Source: a bacterium (lineage in GTDB: Bacteria; Cyanobacteriota; Vampirovibrionia; Gastranaerophilales; JBAXKC01). Taken from it: a DNA stretch of 14,306 nucleotides. The translations under genes and the position numbers were made by a program. The notes beneath the pieces were generated by a model. The model was not told the DNA's origin. It was given only the letters and a program-made list of their open reading frames with translations, and did not search any database. Below are positions 7,310-14,306 of this stretch, in pieces. The DNA is taken from contig JBAXKC010000051.1 of NCBI GenBank assembly GCA_037137535.1, forward strand, positions 1 through 14,306, written 5' to 3'. Position 1 is the stretch's first letter; every line of letters starts with the position of its first letter.

Positions 7310-8452
7310 ATGAAAATTGTTCATCTTGCTGATTTGCATTTAGGATTTAGAGAATATTCTAAAATTAATAAATTTAGTGCAAATATAAGAGAATTTGATG
7401 TTTTACAAGCTTTTAATGAAGCTATGAATAAAATTGCCGAAATTAATCCTGACCTTATAATTATGGCAGGTGACCTTTTTCATAAGCCAAGACCAAGCAA
7501 TTTTACTATTTCAAATACTATTTTTATTTTAAATAAATTTCGTCAAAAATGTAATGCTAAAATTATTATGATTGCAGGTAACCATGAAACTGTTAAAACG
7601 ACTGAAACAGGAAGTGTACTAAAAATACTTGAATTCTCTGTGCCTAATATTGTTTTGGTTGAAGATGATGCAAAGGAAATAAATGACGATAAATTAAACG
7701 TAAATATTCTTTGTGTTCCACATTCTGCATTAGCAAATATTAAAAAACTTAATTTTACACCAGATAAAAACTATAAATATAATATTATGACTATTCATGG
7801 GACTTATGAAAATTGTCCAGAAATCGCAGGCTATACAGACGGTCATAATATTACTAAAGATGATTTGAATACTCAAAAATGGGATTATATAGCGTTTGGG
7901 CATTATCATAAATTTTCAAAGTTAGCTGAAAATGCCTATTATAGTGGTGCAATAGAGCGAACAACTACTAATATCTGGCAAGAGCAAGAAGATAAAGGTT
8001 TTATAGAGTATAATTTAGCAGATAAGAAACTTATTTTTCATAAATTATCAAATATCAGAAAAGTTCATGATATTAAAAGATTTAATGCAAAAGGCAAAAC
8101 ATCAGAAGAAATTAATGAAGCAATTTTCTCTGCTGTTGAAAAAATTGGAAATATTGATGACTCAATTATACGTTTTTCTATTTCTAATGCTGACACTAAA
8201 GCACTTAGAGAGATCAACTATAAACAAATAAGAGAAATAAGAAAAAAAGCATTGCACTTTAAGCTAAATATCGTTAAAGATAAAAAAGACAAGTTAATTA
8301 AAGAAGAAGAAAAAAAAGTTTTTAAACAAAAACAATCTATTGAAGAAGTTATTAAAATTGGTCTTGAATCTTTTGAAATTTCGACAGGATTAAATAAAGA
8401 AAAATTTGCAGAACTCGCTAAAACCTATATTCAAGAGGAAGCTTTGAAATGA
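7310..8452 (+). CDS. sbcD: Mre11/SbcD metallophosphoesterase nuclease
   Basis: All five phosphoesterase motifs are present: DLHLG, GDLFH, GNHE, HG and GHYH, followed by YYSGAIER. Its stop overlaps the Rad50 start (ATGA). Confidence 0.95.
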   Translation: MKIVHLADLHLGFREYSKINKFSANIREFDVLQAFNEAMNKIAEINPDLIIMAGDLFHKPRPSNFTISNTIFILNKFRQKCNAKIIMIAGNHETVKTTETGSVLKILEFSVPNIVLVEDDAKEINDDKLNVNILCVPHSALANIKKLNFTPDKNYKYNIMTIHGTYENCPEIAGYTDGHNITKDDLNTQKWDYIAFGHYHKFSKLAENAYYSGAIERTTTNIWQEQEDKGFIEYNLADKKLIFHKLSNIRKVHDIKRFNAKGKTSEEINEAIFSAVEKIGNIDDSIIRFSISNADTKALREINYKQIREIRKKALHFKLNIVKDKKDKLIKEEEKKVFKQKQSIEEVIKIGLESFEISTGLNKEKFAELAKTYIQEEALK

Positions 8453-10887
8453 AATTAGTATCATTAAAATTAGAAAATTTCAGACAGCATGAAAATTCTG
8501 TTATTGATTTTAGCGAAGGTATAACAGTTATAAGCGGTGAAAACGGTTCAGGAAAATCAACGGTATTAGAGGCTATTTGTTGGATAATATACGGCCTAGA
8601 TGCAGTAAGAGGCAATAAAGACTCAGTTTTATGGAATAAAGCACCTGCTAAATCTAAAGCTAAAGGGGAATTAATATTTTTGCTTGACGGTGAAGAATAT
8701 AAAATTCTAAGAACTTTAGATAAGGGTGAAGTTTACATTAATAACACACTTTCTGCTACTTCAACAGCTGAAACCGCAAAATATTTGACAGAAAAACTCG
8801 GTATGACTCTTGAGGAATTTTATAATACCTATTTTACAAGACAAAAAGAGCTTAATTTTCTAAAAACTTTAAAGCCAATTGAAAGAAGAAAGTTTATAAG
8901 TCATGTTTTGGGTTATGATAAACTTAAATTCGCTCAAGAAAAAGCTAGATTAGACAAAAACAACATATCAAAAGAAATTGAAGGTTTTAAGCAAGGCATT
9001 GAAAATATTGATGAAATTTTAAGTGAAAAGAAATTAATCGAACATGAATTATCAATTGCTAATACTCAACTTTCATTTATCGAGAAAAAATTTAAAGAAT
9101 TATCAATTTCTCTTACTGAAATAGAACCCAAATGGTCAGAAATTAAAGAAAAAAAACAAACTTATGAACTGAAAAGTTCAAAGTTAGAATTTACTTCTGA
9201 AAAATTGGATTTATTAAATAAAAATTTTGTAAAACTTGATGTTCAATTAAAAGAACTCGAAGTTAAATCACTTAAATTAGATGAATTTAAAAATATTGAG
9301 CAGGATTACACATTATTAGAAAATAAAATTAAAGAGCAAGAAGAACTTCAAGAAAGCGAGGCTTTAAGGCAAAATATCGTTAATGATATTAAAAATTATA
9401 ATGAAAGAATTAAAGATATAAATTCAGAACTTGAAATTATTAAGATTTCAGGGAAAGAAAAAGCCGAGCAAGTTAAAAAAATTATTCCTATTAAAGAAGA
9501 AATAAATCAATTAAAAAGTAATCTAGTGCAAAAAGAAAAAAACTATAATAATGCGATTAAGGAAAAAGAAGTTTTAATTTCTCAAAATATAAAAGAACAG
9601 GATAAACTAACAAAACAATATGACCTATTAATGAAAAATGGCGAAGATGGAGAATGTCCAACTTGTAAAAGAGAGCTGAAAGGTGATATAGATCACGTTA
9701 AAAAGCATTTTAACGACTTAAAAGCAGAAATTAATAATAATATTGCTATTCTTAAAAAAGAGTTAAATACTTTTTCAACTAAAGAAATTGAAGAAATCAA
9801 AAAATGTTTATTATCTAAAGAAGATGAATTATCTGAATTGCAAAAAATATCATATTTATATGAGGATGAAAGACAAAGATGGCAAACTTTTAACACTCAA
9901 TTAAAAAATGTCCTTTCAGAAATTGATAATAAAAATTTAAAATTAAAATCATTACCTACCGGTTTTGATTCTTTATTATTGAATAAGTTAAGAATTGAAA
10001 GACAACCGTTAAGACAAAAATATGAAGAATATCTTAGTTTAAAAGCAGAGCTAAATAGTTATGAAACTGTTAAATCAGAATTTAAAATTATTTCATCTGA
10101 CATAGCTATTGAAGAAAATAAATTAAAAGTTCTTAATGAAGAGATTAAATTATTAAATTTTTCGCAAGATAATTTTAAAGAAATAGAATCAAAGTATAAT
10201 TTATTAAAAGAAAATTCTTATGAAGTTAAATCAGAATTAGTCGAAAAAGAGTCTTTTCTAAAAAGTATAACTAATAATTTTAATAATATTCTCCAAAGAG
10301 AAAAGAATTATCATGAAAAAATTAATACTATTAAAGATAAACAGGAAACAGTTGATTATTTAATAGAATTAGATAAGTTTTACGGTGAACTGTGGGAAAA
10401 ACTAAATAATGAAGCACGACCAGAGCTTTCATCGATTGCAAGTGAATTTTTATCCGAATTAACAGATCAAAGATATTCTAAATTAGAGTTGAACGAAAAA
10501 TATGAAATCAGATTATTTAATTTTGGTGAAGAATTTGATGGTGAGGAAAAAACCGTAATTTCAGGCGGTGAAGAAGATATTTCAAACCTTTGCTTGAGAT
10601 TAGCTATTTCTCAGCTTATTGCACAGCGTTCAGGAAAACATCTCTCTTTATTAATTCTCGATGAAGTATTCGGTTCTCTTGATGAGAATAGAAGAAACAA
10701 CGTTGTTCAGCTTTTAACTAGTTTAACTAATAATTTTGAGCAAGTAATTTTAATTACACATATTGATGATATTAAAGAAAATGTTAATAATGTAATAAAA
10801 ATAGAATATGATGAAAAAAGAGGTTGTAGTCTTATAAAGTCTGATAATGACTATGATAAAAATGAATTAGTTGCTGAATTTGTTTAA
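8449..10887 (+). CDS. sbcC: Rad50/SbcC SMC-like ABC ATPase with central zinc hook
   Basis: Walker A GENGSGKST, Q-loop (FTRQ), long coiled coils, CPTC zinc hook at residues 403-406 of 812, signature ISGGE, Walker B/D-loop LLILDEVFGSLD and H-loop ITH. GAGGA SD at 8435-8439. Confidence 0.95.
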   Translation: MKLVSLKLENFRQHENSVIDFSEGITVISGENGSGKSTVLEAICWIIYGLDAVRGNKDSVLWNKAPAKSKAKGELIFLLDGEEYKILRTLDKGEVYINNTLSATSTAETAKYLTEKLGMTLEEFYNTYFTRQKELNFLKTLKPIERRKFISHVLGYDKLKFAQEKARLDKNNISKEIEGFKQGIENIDEILSEKKLIEHELSIANTQLSFIEKKFKELSISLTEIEPKWSEIKEKKQTYELKSSKLEFTSEKLDLLNKNFVKLDVQLKELEVKSLKLDEFKNIEQDYTLLENKIKEQEELQESEALRQNIVNDIKNYNERIKDINSELEIIKISGKEKAEQVKKIIPIKEEINQLKSNLVQKEKNYNNAIKEKEVLISQNIKEQDKLTKQYDLLMKNGEDGECPTCKRELKGDIDHVKKHFNDLKAEINNNIAILKKELNTFSTKEIEEIKKCLLSKEDELSELQKISYLYEDERQRWQTFNTQLKNVLSEIDNKNLKLKSLPTGFDSLLLNKLRIERQPLRQKYEEYLSLKAELNSYETVKSEFKIISSDIAIEENKLKVLNEEIKLLNFSQDNFKEIESKYNLLKENSYEVKSELVEKESFLKSITNNFNNILQREKNYHEKINTIKDKQETVDYLIELDKFYGELWEKLNNEARPELSSIASEFLSELTDQRYSKLELNEKYEIRLFNFGEEFDGEEKTVISGGEEDISNLCLRLAISQLIAQRSGKHLSLLILDEVFGSLDENRRNNVVQLLTSLTNNFEQVILITHIDDIKENVNNVIKIEYDEKRGCSLIKSDNDYDKNELVAEFV

Positions 10888-10918
10888 TTTAGCCTTTAAC
10901 AAGTTTTTTACAAACCTA

Positions 10919-10952
10919 AAAATGAGAGATTATAGAAATAATCTCTCATTTT
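10919..10952. terminator. Bidirectional intrinsic terminator between convergent genes
   Basis: Perfect 15-bp inverted repeat aaaatgagagattat-agaa-ataatctctcatttt between the rad50 stop (10887) and the stop of the minus-strand gene (10976). Confidence 0.85.
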
Positions 10953-10975
10953 AATATACTTCTAATTAGAGGCGT

Positions 10976-12385
10976 TTAGACAGGCATGAATACTCTGCAA
11001 TTTTGATGGCCTCTTAATGCAGACATTTGAGACTGAATATGATCACTCGCTTCTCTACCATCTCCAAGTGCTACTGAAATATGGCCATGAGGACTGACAT
11101 CTGTTTTACCCCAAACGACAATTGCACCGGAGGGTAAACTTTTTAACTGATCTGGAGATACTTTTACTTCTTTAAATTTAGGACTGTTCGCAAGCTGATC
11201 TGCTGCCATATATGCAGACATGCCGGAAACATTAACTCCAATTTTTCTTAATGAATCACATACACCAGCGTAACATCTACCTGTAGTTCCTCTTGCTTTA
11301 GCTACACCTTCAGCAGCTTTAGCTAATTGTTGACCTGTAGCGGTTGCTCCCTGCATTTGCTGTTGAGTAGCAGTATTAACAGGAACATTTGGATTAGTAG
11401 TCATTTGATTATTGCCATAGAACTGCCCTGGTGAATAAGGAGTACTTTTAATATTTTGGAGTAATGACTGAGTTATATTATTTAGTGAAGAAACTTGAGA
11501 TAAAATACTATTATCTATACCACCGGGTAACATTCCGTAAGCTGCAGAAAGATTATTATTTAGCATAGTGCCAGGATTAGTTGTATCAGGTTCATTATAA
11601 AAATTTGAGTCAGGTGAGTATTTTTGAGCATTACCCTGTTCTATGGCTTGGTTTGCAAGATAATTGATAAAGTTTTGAGCGCTATTATTTATTTTTCCAT
11701 CATCAAGAATGTCAAAGTATTTTTGCATAGTTTCATTTTTATAGATTGAGCCATTTGCAACACCATCATCTGCAAGGTCCATCTTTAACATCATTCTGAA
11801 AAAATCTGCTTTTGTTAAACTTTGATTTAAGTTATTTTGAATAGTTGATTTATCTGCCGCAGCAACATTATTGTTCAAAAAGCTTGTATCAAAGGATTTA
11901 TTAGTCTGCGCATCATTCTGCATCAATGAGTCAATGAATTTATTGCTAACTTCACTATTACCTTTATTTTGATCTGATGTAGCATCAGTATAATTTTTAA
12001 ATAATTCCTGATTACCTTTAATTTGGTCATTAAATACACTACCGTTAATCTTACCGTCATCTTTAAGATCAGCAGCTATAATGCTATTCATTAATTCTGT
12101 TCTTTTACTTTGAGCTGAAAAAATACTACCATCAACTTTTTTATTATCAGCAGCATCTAATTTAGCTACAGCCGCTATAAAATTACTAATGGGGTCATTT
12201 TGGGATAAACCTGTACTATTCAATACATAATTTAATTCATTTGAACTGGTACTTTTGAATATACTGGAATCAGCAACATTTTTGTTTTGCTTAGTTTGGT
12301 CTGTATTAGCTGTACCTAATTTTTGTTTATTAAAATCTTTTGCATTTAGGTACGTTTGTATAACCCCCATCTTTTTATCCCCCAT
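10976..12385 (-). CDS. Hypothetical protein with acidic D-x-x-D-D-G repeats and a C-terminal NlpC/P60/CHAP-like (Cys-His) domain; putative peptidoglycan amidase/peptidase
   Basis: The C-terminal ~120 aa contain GRCYAGV (C371), GAIVVW, HGHISV (H435) and SDH, a papain-like NlpC/P60-superfamily layout. The N/Q/T-rich linker is followed by this domain, and there is no signal peptide. The real start may be the second ATG at 12370, which has a GGGGGA SD. Confidence 0.7.
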   Translation of the reverse strand: MGDKKMGVIQTYLNAKDFNKQKLGTANTDQTKQNKNVADSSIFKSTSSNELNYVLNSTGLSQNDPISNFIAAVAKLDAADNKKVDGSIFSAQSKRTELMNSIIAADLKDDGKINGSVFNDQIKGNQELFKNYTDATSDQNKGNSEVSNKFIDSLMQNDAQTNKSFDTSFLNNNVAAADKSTIQNNLNQSLTKADFFRMMLKMDLADDGVANGSIYKNETMQKYFDILDDGKINNSAQNFINYLANQAIEQGNAQKYSPDSNFYNEPDTTNPGTMLNNNLSAAYGMLPGGIDNSILSQVSSLNNITQSLLQNIKSTPYSPGQFYGNNQMTTNPNVPVNTATQQQMQGATATGQQLAKAAEGVAKARGTTGRCYAGVCDSLRKIGVNVSGMSAYMAADQLANSPKFKEVKVSPDQLKSLPSGAIVVWGKTDVSPHGHISVALGDGREASDHIQSQMSALRGHQNCRVFMPV

Positions 12386-12553
12386 GCATATTTACATCTT
12401 ATATATATAAAAACAAAGTAGTCTTAAAAATTGCTCTCGATATTATAAAATTAACTTTACAGAAAATAATTTTCTAGTATCATAGATAAGGTTTTGTTAA
12501 TAGATTTAAAAATGTAATACTATCTATTGGGCTATATTTAAGAGGTATTTAAC

Positions 12554-13957
12554 ATGTACGATGTAGCAATAATTGGTGCTGGACCAGCAGGAATATTTTC
12601 CGCTTTGGAGTTAATCAAACTCAAGCCGGATTATAAAATTGCAATTATGGAAAAAGGACCAAAAATTGAAAAAAGATCATGTCCTGTAAGATTTGGACAT
12701 AAATGTCCATCTTGCAAAACCTGTAACTTATTATGCGGATGGGGTGGTGCAGGTGCATTTAGTGATGGAAAGTTAACTTTGACACCTGATGTTGGCGGTA
12801 ATTTATTAGATTTTATGAAAAGAAAAGATCTTGAAGATTTAATAAAATATACTGATGATATTTATCTTGAATATGGCGCAACAAAAGAAGTATTCGGTCA
12901 AAATAATGAAGATGCAATTGATATAGAAAGACAAGCTGCATTAGCGGAACTAAGATTAGTTCACTCACCAATTCGTCATTTAGGTACAGATAGAAGTGGC
13001 GAAGTATTAAAAAATATGCAAGATCATCTTGCAACAAAAGTTGATATTTTTACTAACGACAAAGCTAAAAATCTGATTGTTGAAAATGATCAAGTAGTTG
13101 GAGTTGAAACTGTTTCAGGTAAAAAAATAGAAGCAAAATATGTAATAGTTGCACCTGGAAGAGAAGGCGCAGGCTGGTTAGCGGAACAATTCAAAGATTT
13201 AAACATAGAAGTTGAAAATAACGCTGTAGATGTTGGTGTTAGAGTTGAACTTCCTGCAAAAGTCATGGAATCTTTGACCTCAAGATTGTATGAATCCAAA
13301 TTAATTTATAATGCACCAACTTTTGATGATGAAGTAAGGACTTTTTGTATGAATCCTAACGGTGAAGTTGTATGCGAAAATTATGAAGGTATTGCAACAG
13401 TTAATGGACATAGTTATGCAAATAAAAAAACAGAAAATACAAACTTTGCATTACTTGTAAGTAAAAGATTTACCGAGCCGTTTAAATCACCGATTCAGTA
13501 CGGTCAACACGTTGCTAGATTAGCTAATATGTTAGGCGGCGGAGTCTTAGTGCAAAGGTTTGGTGACTTAATTGCAGGTAGGCGTTCAACACCTGAAAAA
13601 ATTGCTTCAGGAATTGTAAAACCAACGTTTCAAGGTGCAACTCCTGGTGATTTAAGCCTTGTGTTACCATATAGACACTTAAAAAGTATTGTTGAAATGA
13701 TTTATGCTTTAGATAAACTTGCTCCTGGTGTAGCATCAAGATACACATTGCTTTATGGAATTGAAGTTAAGTTTTATAGTTCAAGAGTTAAATTATCAAA
13801 TCAACTGGAAACTCATGGAATTAAAAATCTATATGCAATCGGTGATGGTGCAGGAGTAACAAGAGGATTAATACAAGCCTCTGCCTCCGGTATTATTGCA
13901 GCTAAATCGATAGTTGCTAAAGAAACCGGTGTTGAATATAACCCATCAGTACTTTAG
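12554..13957 (+). CDS. FAD-dependent oxidoreductase (COG2509-like uncharacterised dehydrogenase) with an N-terminal Cys cluster
   Basis: Rossmann GAGPAG, a C-x7-C-x2-C-x2-C-x3-C cluster (CPVRFGHKCPSCKTCNLLC), GWGGAGAFSDGKL, RHLGTD, VRTFCMNP, VNGHS, EVKFYS and GDGAGVTRGL. AGAGGT SD upstream. Confidence 0.9.
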   Translation: MYDVAIIGAGPAGIFSALELIKLKPDYKIAIMEKGPKIEKRSCPVRFGHKCPSCKTCNLLCGWGGAGAFSDGKLTLTPDVGGNLLDFMKRKDLEDLIKYTDDIYLEYGATKEVFGQNNEDAIDIERQAALAELRLVHSPIRHLGTDRSGEVLKNMQDHLATKVDIFTNDKAKNLIVENDQVVGVETVSGKKIEAKYVIVAPGREGAGWLAEQFKDLNIEVENNAVDVGVRVELPAKVMESLTSRLYESKLIYNAPTFDDEVRTFCMNPNGEVVCENYEGIATVNGHSYANKKTENTNFALLVSKRFTEPFKSPIQYGQHVARLANMLGGGVLVQRFGDLIAGRRSTPEKIASGIVKPTFQGATPGDLSLVLPYRHLKSIVEMIYALDKLAPGVASRYTLLYGIEVKFYSSRVKLSNQLETHGIKNLYAIGDGAGVTRGLIQASASGIIAAKSIVAKETGVEYNPSVL

Positions 13958-13977
13958 TTATTCATAATAAAATTACT

Positions 13978-14015
13978 AAATCCCTCTTAGACGATAAAAC
14001 TAAGAGGGATTTTTT
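13978..14015 (+). terminator. Rho-independent terminator of the oxidoreductase gene
   Basis: aaatccctcttag, a 9-nt loop and ctaagagggattt, followed by a T-tract, 20 nt after the stop. Confidence 0.85.
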
Positions 14016-14142
14016 GTTTTTTAAAAATTTTTTAAAATTGAATATAAATATTTGTAAATACAATGGCAATTTAAAAAGTTGAGTAGTGTTATAGACATAT
14101 CGTTTAAAATTGACATATCTTAAAATAGGTACGGGTGAAAAT

Positions 14143-14286
14143 ATGATACAAAATACAAGCTTTAGACCATCTGTAATTAGTCGAAAGAACATTACAGAAA
14201 ATCAACATACTAGATTAAGGGCCAAAATTGAAACAATACCATTAAGACAAGAAATTGACATGCCCCCAAAAAATCCCCCTATTTAA
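14143..14286 (+). CDS. Possible 47-aa ORF, or 5' remnant of an interrupted gene (MIQNTSFRPSVISRKNITENQHTRLRAKIETIPLRQEIDMPPKNPPI)
   Basis: ATG14143 with a GGGTG SD-like motif upstream, open to TAA14286. The last ~10 codons come from a C-rich segment resembling an IS end. Confidence 0.35.
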   Translation: MIQNTSFRPSVISRKNITENQHTRLRAKIETIPLRQEIDMPPKNPPI

Positions 14287-14306
14287 AACTTAGTGACTCC
14301 TATGTA
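14256..14306. mobile_element. Possible terminal inverted repeat of an IS3-family element, truncated by the window edge
   Basis: TGACATGCCCCCAAAAAATCCCCC starts with 5'-TG and resembles IS3/IS407-group ends (TGAcCTGCCCCC, from recall). The local C-richness is abrupt. No transposase or partner IR lies in the window. Confidence 0.3.

Noticed and set aside
2674-9896. Short minus-strand ORFs 2674-2883, 5234-5467, 8418-8615 and 9693-9896
   Set aside because: They are antisense to well-supported genes and have no recognisable motifs.
4198-10887. Interpretation as Wadjet/MksBEF condensin or a Sir2-HerA or DUF4297-HerA defence system
   Set aside because: The SMC-like protein has a zinc hook and an Mre11 partner, with no kleisin, KITE or JetD gene. 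The HerA partner has NurA motifs, not Sir2 or PD-(D/E)xK motifs.
12408-12417. TAAAAACAAA shared upstream of both minus-strand hypothetical genes (also at 470-479)
   Set aside because: It is an A-rich word at different distances from the two starts, and a near copy occurs at 824-832. It cannot be separated from chance here.
12499-12528. AATAGAT...ATCTATT inverted repeat near the oxidoreductase promoter
   Set aside because: The arms are only 7 bp and AT-rich with a long spacer, and match no operator I recognise.
12813-14192. Short minus-strand ORFs 12813-13037, 13090-13299, 13524-13748 and 13962-14192
   Set aside because: The first three are antisense to the oxidoreductase. The last crosses a terminator and A/T tracts and gives a low-complexity F/K/L product.

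Overview
AT-rich bacterial chromosomal window. The SLH-plus-porin architecture and N-terminal 'SFG/DEVSFS/SIF'-type motifs suggest a diderm, plausibly a non-photosynthetic cyanobacterial relative (Melainabacteria/Vampirovibrionia); this taxonomy is inference only. In order, the window holds: the N-terminal part of a minus-strand protein with 15-aa tandem repeats; a possible 46-aa ORF with its own terminator; an SLH-domain outer-membrane porin and a coupled Wzx/MOP-type flippase; a complete four-gene nurA-herA-mre11(sbcD)-rad50(sbcC) operon; a convergent signal-peptide-less protein with repeated D-x-x-D-D-G-x-x-N-G-S motifs and a C-terminal NlpC/P60/CHAP-like Cys-His domain; a COG2509-like FAD oxidoreductase with a Cys cluster; and a short ORF that may run into an IS3-like end at the right edge. 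The main point of interest is the archaeal-style DNA end-resection operon in a bacterium. It has a permuted gene order, an atypical Walker A in HerA, and a sigma70-like promoter placed so that the mRNA would be leaderless, with a palindrome over that promoter.
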